Shown in pieces: positions 11,029 to 20,248 of a stretch of 61,551 bases of DNA. Each line of letters starts with the position of its first letter. The stretch's first letter is position 1. The stretch comes from Minisyncoccota bacterium (lineage in GTDB: Bacteria > Patescibacteriota > Minisyncoccia > Phycocordibacterales > UBA5272). Location of the stretch: contig JAYWBQ010000043.1 of the NCBI GenBank assembly GCA_043781255.1, forward strand, positions 1 to 61,551, given 5' to 3'. The position numbers and the translations under genes were made by a program. The notes under the pieces were generated by a model. It had not been told where the DNA came from and made no database searches. It saw only the letters and a program-made list of their open reading frames with translations.

Positions 11029-12357
11029 ATGAAAAATCTCATCCTCATTCTCATTTCTATCACTACAACAATCTGCGCTCATGCACTTGTTATTAATGAA
11101 ATTATGTCTAACCCAACAGGGGATGATAGCGGGCGTGAGTGGGTGGAGATATATAACAATACTGAGAGTGATGTAGATATTACAGGACTCACTATCTCTA
11201 TAAAAGGTGGCGTATTTATTCCTGTAACGCCTGTATCTGGTGGGACAGTGCTCCCAACCCATGGATATGGGATTATAGGATCAACGGTGAGTGGTACGAC
11301 ACGATTTATGCAAGACTACGGAGCATACAGTGGGCCACTTTTTAGAAGTGCTATTAGTTTAGTTAATACGGGAGTAACGTCCATTGAGATTAAGCTACAA
11401 GGATTAGTGGTCGACACACTCACTTCATACACTCCTGCAAAAGAAGGCTCTACATATTCCTTGGTAAACGGAACTTTCGTCACAGTAGTCCCATCTCCTG
11501 GTGCAGAGAACAAGGCAACTGTAGCAGAAGAAGATGTTCCAAGTACAACTACTCAGTCTGGAAATCAGGCAACACTTCCACAAGCTTCCCCGCCATCTGC
11601 GGATATTACGCTCTATCTTCCTACAGAAAAAGTTGTTGTCGCTGGAGCACCGGCCACCTTTTCTGTTTTTAGTACAACTCGTGCCGGAAAGTCGATTGAT
11701 GGAATGGTGTACACGTGGAGTTTTGGTGATGGAGGACAAAGTACAGGAAGTTCAACGCTGTACCGCTATCTTTATCCAGGAAGATATATTGCGCAGGTGG
11801 AAGGGGCAAATGGTCTCATTGCAGGAACAGGTAGAATGGTTGTGCGAGTAGTGTCACCTGATATCACACTATCAAGCATTGGATCAGGAAAATATGGAAA
11901 CTATATTGATATCACCAACCCAAATACGTATGATCTTGATATTTCTTTTTGGAAAATAATGATAGACGGAGCACCATTTTCATTTCCCAAAAATACTCTT
12001 TTAGCAAATGGTGTCACGAGATTCACTGGTGTTGCCATGGGATTCGCTAGCACCACAGTATCCTCAAGCACGCTTATTAAACTTCTCTTTCAAAATATGG
12101 ATGAAGTCATACGAGTTCTGCAAGAAAATAGTTTTACTAAAGATCAGTACACGATACCCGCCACTATACCTAGCAGGTATGAGGTTTCTCCTTCTCGAGT
12201 AGTCTCGCGCAGTGTTACTCCAATTCCTAAGAAGATGCAAAAACCCTTAGCTATTTCTTCTGTAGTAGCTCCAACATCAACGCAAGTAATCCTTACTAAA
12301 AGAGATCAAAAAGATGTTCGCCTTGCTACCTGGATCAAGACATTTTTTGCAAAATAA
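11029..12357 (+). CDS. Secreted lamin-tail-domain (LTD) plus PKD-domain protein
   Basis: Signal peptide. LVINEIMSNPTGDDSGREWVEIYN (LTD signature). YTWSFGDGGQSTG...YPGRYIAQV (PKD signature). Confidence 0.75.
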   Translation: MKNLILILISITTTICAHALVINEIMSNPTGDDSGREWVEIYNNTESDVDITGLTISIKGGVFIPVTPVSGGTVLPTHGYGIIGSTVSGTTRFMQDYGAYSGPLFRSAISLVNTGVTSIEIKLQGLVVDTLTSYTPAKEGSTYSLVNGTFVTVVPSPGAENKATVAEEDVPSTTTQSGNQATLPQASPPSADITLYLPTEKVVVAGAPATFSVFSTTRAGKSIDGMVYTWSFGDGGQSTGSSTLYRYLYPGRYIAQVEGANGLIAGTGRMVVRVVSPDITLSSIGSGKYGNYIDITNPNTYDLDISFWKIMIDGAPFSFPKNTLLANGVTRFTGVAMGFASTTVSSSTLIKLLFQNMDEVIRVLQENSFTKDQYTIPATIPSRYEVSPSRVVSRSVTPIPKKMQKPLAISSVVAPTSTQVILTKRDQKDVRLATWIKTFFAK

Positions 12358-12393
12358 GGTTTTTATGAGTGAGGATGCTATAATTTATTCCAC

Positions 12394-13428
12394 ATGAATT
12401 CAACTGCCAGTCTTCTATCAAAAACGTGCCTCCTCTGTGGATCAGAAGCGCATCAAACATATGAAGGAATGGACGGGTATGTAGAAGGGACAAAATATAG
12501 TGTCTACGAATGCACTAACTGCCTGACATCATTTGTTGACCCCATGAGCAATCTTAAGGAAGAATATGAGATTATCTATGGTGGAGACGATAGTAAAGAA
12601 GGATCATATGATTACTATTATTATATAGCAAAGGGAACAAGTCAGCTTAGTAATCCGCTTCCAGTTCTTAAGAATTATACAGCGGTGTTTTGGGGTGTTA
12701 TCCAGGCATTAGAAGATAATCACATCAAGAAGGGCGCAAAAATATTAGAGGTTGGTTCTGGATTAGGCTATCTTACCTATGCGCTTAACAAGGCGGGGTA
12801 TGTTTGTGAAGGGTTGGATTATTCCGATACAGCAGTAGCTTCAGCTAAGAAACTCTTTGGCGGGGTACACACTCAAGGGGTTATTGAAGATTTCTCAGCT
12901 AGTCACGAAAGGCACTATGATGTTGTGATTGCAACGGAAACAATTGAGCATGTCACTGACCCGCTTCTGTTTCTTAAGCATAATCTAAGCGTTCTCAAGC
13001 CAGGAGGAAAATTAATCTTGACTACCCCGATTAAGGATATTCACCCAATGGGTACTATTTGGGAAACTGAACCAGCCCCAGTTCACTTATGGTGGTTCAC
13101 GGAGAAGGGGATAGCATCAGCCGCAAAGCAGTTTGATGCCATAACTACGTTCATTGACTTTACTCCATATACTAAGAATAAGATCTGGTCAGTACATATT
13201 GGCAAGGCGCATGTCCCACCGAATGTTGGTCCTGTTGTTCATAAAGACAGAACGTTTATTCATAAGAAGAAGACAAGTTATAAAACTAAACTCACGCAGA
13301 TACTTCCTCCATGGCTCTATATGCGAATCGTATGTGTTTATCACGACCTTAAATTCTTGCAGAGAAATAAGCCAGCTTCTAGATATATGTACGGAATGTG
13401 TGCAGTAATAACTAAAAATAATCCCTAA
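12394..13428 (+). CDS. Class I SAM-dependent methyltransferase with N-terminal Cys4 zinc ribbon
   Basis: CLLCGS...CTNC, SAM motif I ILEVGSGLGYL, and acidic residue LDYSD. Confidence 0.75.
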   Translation: MNSTASLLSKTCLLCGSEAHQTYEGMDGYVEGTKYSVYECTNCLTSFVDPMSNLKEEYEIIYGGDDSKEGSYDYYYYIAKGTSQLSNPLPVLKNYTAVFWGVIQALEDNHIKKGAKILEVGSGLGYLTYALNKAGYVCEGLDYSDTAVASAKKLFGGVHTQGVIEDFSASHERHYDVVIATETIEHVTDPLLFLKHNLSVLKPGGKLILTTPIKDIHPMGTIWETEPAPVHLWWFTEKGIASAAKQFDAITTFIDFTPYTKNKIWSVHIGKAHVPPNVGPVVHKDRTFIHKKKTSYKTKLTQILPPWLYMRIVCVYHDLKFLQRNKPASRYMYGMCAVITKNNP

Positions 13429-13433
13429 GAGAA

Positions 13434-14276
13434 CTAATAAGATCTTCCAATCTTTTCTATTTCCTTAAATGCCAGATCGAAGAATTGTCCAGTATCCCAT
13501 GCTGTATAGCCAGCCAGTGTCATATCATATACAAGCACTTTCGCGGCACTACCCATAGAAACAAGAATAAGCGTATTCCCCTTTGTTCTATGTAGCTCTT
13601 TAAGCATTTCTTCTAGCATCTCTTTGATCTCATTATAATTTTGCCACGCATCACTTTGCGGAGCTTCTATAAATGTTGTGGTGATTCCAAGATTCATACT
13701 ATTAAAACGGGATACCAAAGAGGTAATAATAATAATATGTTTAGTCAAAAAGTATTCCTGTAACTTCTTATAATTTATTGTTGTATTATATTTTGGTGTG
13801 AAGCATAATGCACTTCCGTAGATAACATCCTTATGATAAAAATTCTTTAAGAATATTTTTGAGTTTGTCCAAAATTGATATTGATTCTCAATACCTTCCT
13901 TTTTAAACTCCTCTTTTGTTTTTAGAATAAATTCTGGATTAAAGCATACAAGTAACTTTGGATTTTTTGATGAAATTACTTGCTTCATTCTTTTGGCAAG
14001 CAAGGGATCGTATCTTTGTCTCCAGTTGCCATAGTAAAGACCAATGCCCTGTATCATGTCAAATAGCTCATCACCAAATCGAACGATTGACCTGTCGTTA
14101 TCAATAATTGTATCCAACGTCTCTTCGTATGAAAGATACTTGAAATCTTCGTAATATTTCAACTGCTTATCAGCAATAAAATTGTAGTAAAGATATTTCT
14201 TGGAAAAGGGAATAATGGCACGGGGGTTATCAATGAATTTTTGCAACCGATCCCCCCAACATTTAAGAAAACTCAT
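13434..14276 (-). CDS. GT-D-type glycosyltransferase-like protein (DUF1792 family)
   Basis: ETLDTIIDNDRSIVRFGDELF matches the DUF1792 S-x-x-RFGDGE motif. Paralogous to 22130..22936. Confidence 0.55.
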   Translation of the reverse strand: MSFLKCWGDRLQKFIDNPRAIIPFSKKYLYYNFIADKQLKYYEDFKYLSYEETLDTIIDNDRSIVRFGDELFDMIQGIGLYYGNWRQRYDPLLAKRMKQVISSKNPKLLVCFNPEFILKTKEEFKKEGIENQYQFWTNSKIFLKNFYHKDVIYGSALCFTPKYNTTINYKKLQEYFLTKHIIIITSLVSRFNSMNLGITTTFIEAPQSDAWQNYNEIKEMLEEMLKELHRTKGNTLILVSMGSAAKVLVYDMTLAGYTAWDTGQFFDLAFKEIEKIGRSY

Positions 14277-14368
14277 AATTATTTGAGTGTATCATTTTTG
14301 GATAAAATTGGAAAAACTGACTGTTATTAAAAAATATGTAGATATTCCATTATCTTATAATTGAGGTA

Positions 14369-14736
14369 ATGCATGACATACTGCTTACGAATTGTTCAGG
14401 AATTGGAATTGGTACTGTGTCTACTTCTCGGTTTAAAGAGTTTGGCAATGGTCAAGAAAGTCCCTTTCTGAAGAAAGTTTTTGTACAAAGCGAACTTGAT
14501 TATTGCTTCTCGTATAAGAATCCAGATGTCCATTTTTCAGGCATATTTGCTCTTAAGGAGGCGACAAGCAAAGTCCTTGGAGTGACTAGTACCCTTTTGC
14601 GGAAATTGAAGTTAGGCATGACGAGAGTGGTGCGCCAGAAGCGTGGCATGATGGTCGAAAATTATCTACAAAAGTCTCAATTAGTCATACAGATGAGCTT
14701 GCAATTGCATGCTGTATAGGTTTTATGCTATCGTAG
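14369..14736 (+). pseudogene. acpS: Holo-ACP synthase (4'-phosphopantetheinyl transferase) split by a frameshift
   Basis: Frame 1 encodes GIGIGTVSTSRF...FALKEATSKVLGVTST. A second frame continues PFAEIEVRHDESGAPEAWHDGRKLSTKVSISHTDELAIACCIG and stops at 14734-14736. The switch is at the C-run 14592-14594. Confidence 0.7.
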
Positions 14737-14746
14737 AAGGATATTC

Positions 14747-15787
14747 ATGAAAAAATGCATCGTTCTTGATCTTGATAATACCCTCTGGGGCGGCATCGTC
14801 GGAGAAGACGGTATTGATGGCATTGCGCTCTCGCTCCAGGCTCCTGGAAACAGTTTTATTGCCTTCCAACAGGCACTCCTGGATTATTATAATCGTGGCA
14901 TTATTCTTGCAATTAATAGCAGAAATAATCCGGAAGATGCGTTGAATGTAATTAGGAATCATTCGAACATGATCTTAAAGGAGCATCATTTTGCTGCTGC
15001 AAGAATTAATTGGGAGGATAAGGTAGTAAATATTCGAGAACTTGCTAAGGAATTGAATATCGGCTTAGATTCGATGGTGTTCCTTGATGATGATCCAACA
15101 AATAGGGAAATGGTACGCGCCCTTGTCCCAGAAGTGACAGTTCCGGATTTGCCAGTTGATCCGAAGGATTATACTAAGTTTCTAAACTCCCTTGATTACT
15201 TTAATGTAGAAGTTCTAACTGATGAGGATAAGATGAGAGGGAACCTGTATGTGACAGAGCGTCTTCGTAAGGAAGAAGAAAAGAATTTTGCTTCAAAAGA
15301 AGATTTCCTCACATCGTTGTCACTTGAACTGTATCTTTATGAGAATGATGATTCATGCATTCCACGTCTTTCTCAGCTCACTGAAAAGACAAATCAGTTT
15401 AATACCGTTAAGAAACCGTTATCAGAGGAAGAAATTTCTAGTTACATAAAAAGTAATGATCATATTGTTTACCATGCATCGCTCCATGACAAATTTGGGG
15501 ATCATGGAGTGATATTATTCGCACTTATCGATAAGGAAAATGATAGTTGGACAATTAGATCATTACTTATGAGTTGTAGAGTATTTGGAAGGGGAGTTGA
15601 AGATGCGTTTTTATCTGTACTTCAAAATAAGGCAAAGCATGAAGGAGTCACTACAATTAAAATTATAAGTGAAGTAATCGAGAAAAATCTACCAGCACGC
15701 GAGTTTATAGATAGGAATTTTACTGAGAATGAAAGAAAAACGAAAGATTCCCTTACTGCACCACAATGGGTTACACTACATATATGA
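14747..15787 (+). CDS. HAD-superfamily IIIC phosphatase / FkbH-like protein
   Basis: CIVLDLDNTLWGGIVGEDGIDGI, VFLDDDP and a C-terminal GNAT-like region: the classic FkbH-like domain organisation. Confidence 0.85.
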   Translation: MKKCIVLDLDNTLWGGIVGEDGIDGIALSLQAPGNSFIAFQQALLDYYNRGIILAINSRNNPEDALNVIRNHSNMILKEHHFAAARINWEDKVVNIRELAKELNIGLDSMVFLDDDPTNREMVRALVPEVTVPDLPVDPKDYTKFLNSLDYFNVEVLTDEDKMRGNLYVTERLRKEEEKNFASKEDFLTSLSLELYLYENDDSCIPRLSQLTEKTNQFNTVKKPLSEEEISSYIKSNDHIVYHASLHDKFGDHGVILFALIDKENDSWTIRSLLMSCRVFGRGVEDAFLSVLQNKAKHEGVTTIKIISEVIEKNLPAREFIDRNFTENERKTKDSLTAPQWVTLHI

Positions 15788-16008
15788 AAACATTTAATCA
15801 AATCGTAAGTACAACATTTTCAATTGGAGAAGAGACCATTACTGACGGGATGTCATCAAAGGACATCGCTGACTGGGACTCAATGAACTACCTTATGTTT
15901 ATTGCAGAATTAGAGAAGGGATTCTCGGTGTCATTTAGTATGGACGAAGTTATGAATGCGCAGACTCTTGGAGATATACGGGGGATTGTTGAGAGTCGAA
16001 AAAAATAA
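15784..16008 (+). CDS. Acyl/peptidyl carrier protein (74 aa)
   Basis: ADWDSMNYLMFIAELE carries the DS(M/L) phosphopantetheine-attachment motif. The start overlaps the upstream stop (ATGA at 15784-15787). Confidence 0.8.
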   Translation: MKTFNQIVSTTFSIGEETITDGMSSKDIADWDSMNYLMFIAELEKGFSVSFSMDEVMNAQTLGDIRGIVESRKK

Positions 16009-16010
16009 TC

Positions 16011-16430
16011 ATGAATGCTAAGGATCTTAGAATGGAAGATATTCACGTCGGAGATATGGCGTCATTTAGCCGTACATGGACAGATGAAGATGTAGAAAAT
16101 TTTTCCACTTTAAGCGGAGACACTAACCCGCTGCATCTTGACGATGAATACGCCAAAACAACTTCATTTGGGAAGCGTCTTGTACATGGAATGTTGCTTG
16201 GTTCACTTTGTTCACAACTTGTCGGGATGCATATTCCAGGGAAACGATGTCTCTATTTGAGTCAAACGCTTTCGTTTAAGAAACCAGTTTTCATTGGGGA
16301 TACAATTACAGTGACAGGAACTGTCACTGCTCTAAGCGTGTCTACAAAAATAGTTTCAATTGGAATTACAATGACAAAAGAAAGGGGTGAGGAGGTTGTT
16401 GTTGGGGAAGCAAGAGCCCGAGTACTATAA
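16011..16430 (+). CDS. MaoC-like (R)-specific dehydratase, hot-dog fold
   Basis: FSTLSGDTNPLHLDDEYAKTTSFGKRLVHGML, the MaoC hydratase motif. Confidence 0.85.
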   Translation: MNAKDLRMEDIHVGDMASFSRTWTDEDVENFSTLSGDTNPLHLDDEYAKTTSFGKRLVHGMLLGSLCSQLVGMHIPGKRCLYLSQTLSFKKPVFIGDTITVTGTVTALSVSTKIVSIGITMTKERGEEVVVGEARARVL

Positions 16431-16449
16431 TCAATCTATAAATATCGCC

Positions 16450-17205
16450 ATGAATAACCATCAAATACCTAAAAAAATAGCAGTTATCTCTGGTGGGTTC
16501 GGATATGTCGGTTTAGAAGTTGCAAAAGCGCTTTCAGAAGAGGGGTATATGCTTTCATTGCTCTATAATACAACGTCACAATCTGATATTGATAATGGAT
16601 TAAAAAGTTTTCCTGGAACTGGACATGTTGCATATGCGTGTGATCTTACAAATGAAAAATCAGTAAATGAAGTGATCGATAACATCGAAAAGGAGCAGGG
16701 AGCAATCTATATAGCAGTACACGCAGCGGGGAAAAAGCCGGAACGAAAAAAACTATACCAAACAACAAGTGACGAGCTTCGTTCTCAGGTCGATACTAAT
16801 ATTATCGGTAGTTTCAATTTCCTTACTGCTTGCTCAAAGAAACTAAAAGAGCATAAAGAAGGCATGATTGTTGGTATTACCACAATTGGAGTCATGATTC
16901 CAGAAGCAACAAAGTCACTCGGCGCTTATATTCCCGCAAAGTATGCGTTACAAGGAATGTTAACTATGTTACGAGATGAACTTGTACAATATAATGTAAG
17001 CGTCTATTCAATTGCTCCAGGGTTTATGCCAGATGGTATGAACAAAGATATTCCACAAGCTTTTATTCAAATGATAGAATCTAAAACTCCAAATAAACAA
17101 TTAGCAAGCGCTTCCTTAATTGCCTCAACAATTGTTAGATTATCTAAAAAGATTTTAAACGAAGAACCCCTCACAGTTGCAATTGCACCAGAATATAGAA
17201 TGTAA
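16450..17205 (+). CDS. SDR-family oxidoreductase (ketoacyl-reductase-like)
   Basis: Rossmann motif ISGGFGYVGLEV and catalytic YIPAK (YxxxK). The internal ATG at 16450 is chosen because the ORF-track start overlaps the upstream gene. Confidence 0.8.
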   Translation: MNNHQIPKKIAVISGGFGYVGLEVAKALSEEGYMLSLLYNTTSQSDIDNGLKSFPGTGHVAYACDLTNEKSVNEVIDNIEKEQGAIYIAVHAAGKKPERKKLYQTTSDELRSQVDTNIIGSFNFLTACSKKLKEHKEGMIVGITTIGVMIPEATKSLGAYIPAKYALQGMLTMLRDELVQYNVSVYSIAPGFMPDGMNKDIPQAFIQMIESKTPNKQLASASLIASTIVRLSKKILNEEPLTVAIAPEYRM

Positions 17206-17210
17206 AATGC

Positions 17211-18677
17211 ATGTTGTTTAATTCGCTTTCCTTCCTCGTATTTTTCCCAATAGTTTTCATCCTTTACTATACGATTAAGCCAGCCTATCGGACGATACTA
17301 CTCCTTGTTGCAAGTTGCTATTTTTATATGTCGTTTGTGCCAGTATATATTCTCATACTCCTGGCACTTATTACACTTGATTATTTCGTTGCACAAAAGA
17401 TTGCTGTTTCCGAAGAGAAAAAGGAAAGAGTGTACTATTTATTAATTAGTATTGGCGGAAGTCTGGGTATACTTTTCCTATTTAAATATTTTAATTTTTT
17501 CAATGAAAGTGTTGCGTCGCTAGCTACAGCGCTACATTGGAATTATTCTCCGTGGCTACTCTCATTTGCATTACCCTTAGGTCTTTCATTTCACGTGTTC
17601 CAAAGCCTAAGCTATGTGATTGAGGTATACAAAAAAAAGTATGTACCTGAACGAAATTTCTTTGTATACTCCCTCTATGTGCTTTTTTTCCCACAATTAG
17701 TAGCAGGACCAATTGAACGACCACAGCATCTATTGCCACAACTCCACCTTAAACATTCATTTGATAAGCGTAAAGTAAGACAAGGGCTTGAGCAGATGCT
17801 TTGGGGATTCTTCAAGAAGATTGTTATTGCTGACCAGGTTGCACAGATCATTAATCCGCTCTATGCCGACTTGCCGACAGAAAGCTCCCTACTGATTGCT
17901 ATTGCAATATTATTCTCGTACCAACTATATTGTGACTTCTCTGGATATTCCGATATTGCAATAGGATCAGCAAAGATGCTTGGGTACGATCTGACCATCA
18001 ACTTTAACCGGCCATATGCCGCAAGGACATTGTCTGATTTTTGGCGAAGGTGGCACATTTCACTCTCGAGCTGGTTACGTGATTATTTGTACTACCCACT
18101 TGCGTTAGGTTGGGGGAAGAAAACTAAAATGAAGCTATATGGAAGCCTTTTTGTAACCTTTGTTCTTATTGGCCTCTGGCATGGTGCAAATTGGACATTT
18201 GTTGTATTTGGGGCGATTCACGGTATTTATCTTGTGTTTGAATTGATGACTGAAAAAATACGAAAAAAGATACGAGCAATCCTCTTCTTGGATCGACATG
18301 AAAAGATTCATCACTTATTTCAAGTACTCATTGTCTTTTGTTTGGCGTCAATCAGCTTTATCTTCTTTCGATCTGAAACCATGTCAAAGGCTTGGTGGTT
18401 TATTAATCACATGTTTACATGGCCAAGCTTTAGCTTTATGCGCCATGAACTTTTAGGGTCACTTACTGCACATGTTGGCAATATTGTTTTTATTGTTGTG
18501 GTGCTATCAATTATTATTATGGAAGTTATCCAATACATTCAGTCAAAAAAGTCCACACTCTTTATCTTTGATGATAAGCCTAAATACATACGCTATGGCT
18601 GGTATTATAGTTTGTCACTTTTGATCCTTCTCTTTGGTTATTTTGGAGGAGAATCGTTTATTTATTTCCAATTCTAG
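17211..18677 (+). CDS. MBOAT-family membrane O-acyltransferase (DltB/AlgI-like)
   Basis: Multi-TM protein with FFPQLVAGPIERP, FWRRWHISLSSWLRDYLYYPL and WHGANW (conserved His). Confidence 0.9.
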   Translation: MLFNSLSFLVFFPIVFILYYTIKPAYRTILLLVASCYFYMSFVPVYILILLALITLDYFVAQKIAVSEEKKERVYYLLISIGGSLGILFLFKYFNFFNESVASLATALHWNYSPWLLSFALPLGLSFHVFQSLSYVIEVYKKKYVPERNFFVYSLYVLFFPQLVAGPIERPQHLLPQLHLKHSFDKRKVRQGLEQMLWGFFKKIVIADQVAQIINPLYADLPTESSLLIAIAILFSYQLYCDFSGYSDIAIGSAKMLGYDLTINFNRPYAARTLSDFWRRWHISLSSWLRDYLYYPLALGWGKKTKMKLYGSLFVTFVLIGLWHGANWTFVVFGAIHGIYLVFELMTEKIRKKIRAILFLDRHEKIHHLFQVLIVFCLASISFIFFRSETMSKAWWFINHMFTWPSFSFMRHELLGSLTAHVGNIVFIVVVLSIIIMEVIQYIQSKKSTLFIFDDKPKYIRYGWYYSLSLLILLFGYFGGESFIYFQF

Positions 18678-18678
18678 T

Positions 18679-19791
18679 ATGATTTCCTTTTTTAAAAAAT
18701 TGCTATTGTTTATTCTCCCTCTCTGTGTGGTTTTTATTTTTCCTTCTGTGGTTACGTATTATGGTAGGGAGTATGTTTCTATCGAGTATGTATTAAGAAC
18801 GCAGTTGCGGTTCCCAGAAGCACTGTTTAGTTTTGCATATAATGGTTCCACTTTTTATGAGTACAAGAAAAAACTTGTTGAAGCCACTAACCCAAAGGTA
18901 ATCACACTAGGATCGTCCCGTGTCATGCAGTTCCGTGAAGAATTTTTCGACCCTGCGTCTTCTTTTATAAATGCTGGTGGAGCAGGGAAGTCCCTGGAGG
19001 ATATCGAGAATTTTGTCGGCGCCTTATCAAGTACAAGCAGCATTAATGTGATTATTCTTGGACTTGATAAGGAAATTTTTGAGAGCCCATATCGCTCATT
19101 AGAGACCGGTAAGGATAGATGGCTTCCTGTACGTTTTATTGGCGTGGCAGTATCTATGTCACGTAGGATATATTTGGATTATCTTGCTCATAAGTATACA
19201 CTTCGTGATCTGTATGATACTTCGATACACACAAAGCATGTCGGACTTTCAGCGCTAGTACATCAGAACGGTTTTCGAAAGGATGGCAGCTACAGGTATG
19301 GTGGAGCATCAGTTAATTCTTCACGTATTGCATATGTAAAATCAGAGGTTGCTGGAAGAGCAAATGCAATTGAAAGTAATGTTGGTATTGTTAATGATAA
19401 AAAGATAGTTATTGAACAAAATATCCAAGCACTCAACAGGATACTTGCCGATGCGAAACAAAAGAAAATAATTGTGCTGGGAATCATGCCGCCTTACCCG
19501 ACCCCAATATATAATGCAATGGATAAAAGTGACGATTCATTTAAATTTATTTCAGGTGAAATATGTAAAAGTTTCAGGGATGCTAATTTCTTATTTTTTG
19601 ATCTTTCTTCTATTAAGACATTCGGTGGGAAAGAAACAGAATTTGTGGATGCAATTCACGGGACAGACGCAATGCATTTGAAGATTATGATTTATCTGAT
19701 TGAAGAGACATCAATCTTAGATAACTATACTGATATAAAATCTTTAAAGGATATGCTTAAGAAAACTAAAGGGGATTTCCTCACTTTTTAA
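18679..19791 (+). CDS. DltD/AlgJ-like SGNH-type protein, N-terminal membrane anchor
   Basis: TM anchor. VITLGSSRVMQF (GSS nucleophile motif as in DltD). C-terminal FVDAIHGTD (DxxH). Confidence 0.6.
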   Translation: MISFFKKLLLFILPLCVVFIFPSVVTYYGREYVSIEYVLRTQLRFPEALFSFAYNGSTFYEYKKKLVEATNPKVITLGSSRVMQFREEFFDPASSFINAGGAGKSLEDIENFVGALSSTSSINVIILGLDKEIFESPYRSLETGKDRWLPVRFIGVAVSMSRRIYLDYLAHKYTLRDLYDTSIHTKHVGLSALVHQNGFRKDGSYRYGGASVNSSRIAYVKSEVAGRANAIESNVGIVNDKKIVIEQNIQALNRILADAKQKKIIVLGIMPPYPTPIYNAMDKSDDSFKFISGEICKSFRDANFLFFDLSSIKTFGGKETEFVDAIHGTDAMHLKIMIYLIEETSILDNYTDIKSLKDMLKKTKGDFLTF

Positions 19792-20247
19792 CTAGGCACC
19801 AAGGGCAATAATCGTAATGCCAAGTATTGTAAAAAATAACCCAATGAATGACTGGGTGGTAATTATGGCTTCATTAAAATAAGCAGGAAACCACTTTGCC
19901 AAAACCCACGCAAGAAAATACATTCCAACACTAGCACTTCCTGCAATTGCTGTGGCAAGGCCTGGGTTAGGTGCAATAGCAACCGATCGAAACAAAAGTA
20001 TATTTCCTAAACCTCCTAAAATTATTCCAATCAATAAAATAGATCCAATTACCTTCCAAGGAATTGTGGTTACTTCAAAGACTGATTCACGTAACATAGT
20101 GCTTGCAATAGCAACACCTAAGAAATACCAGATTAAGAATATATCTGGTTTAACATGGTAGTTTTTGCTAAAAAAGCCAACGGCTAGATAAATGGGTATG
20201 GAAATAATAGTTGAAAGAATAACCATCAATAGCCAATTTTGTGCCAT
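19792..20247 (-). CDS. Small EamA/SMR-like 4-5 TM transporter (ArnE/ArnF-like flippase-subunit candidate)
   Basis: 151 aa, entirely hydrophobic helices. Adjacent to amino-sugar genes. Confidence 0.5.
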   Translation of the reverse strand: MAQNWLLMVILSTIISIPIYLAVGFFSKNYHVKPDIFLIWYFLGVAIASTMLRESVFEVTTIPWKVIGSILLIGIILGGLGNILLFRSVAIAPNPGLATAIAGSASVGMYFLAWVLAKWFPAYFNEAIITTQSFIGLFFTILGITIIALGA

Positions 20248-20248
20248 C

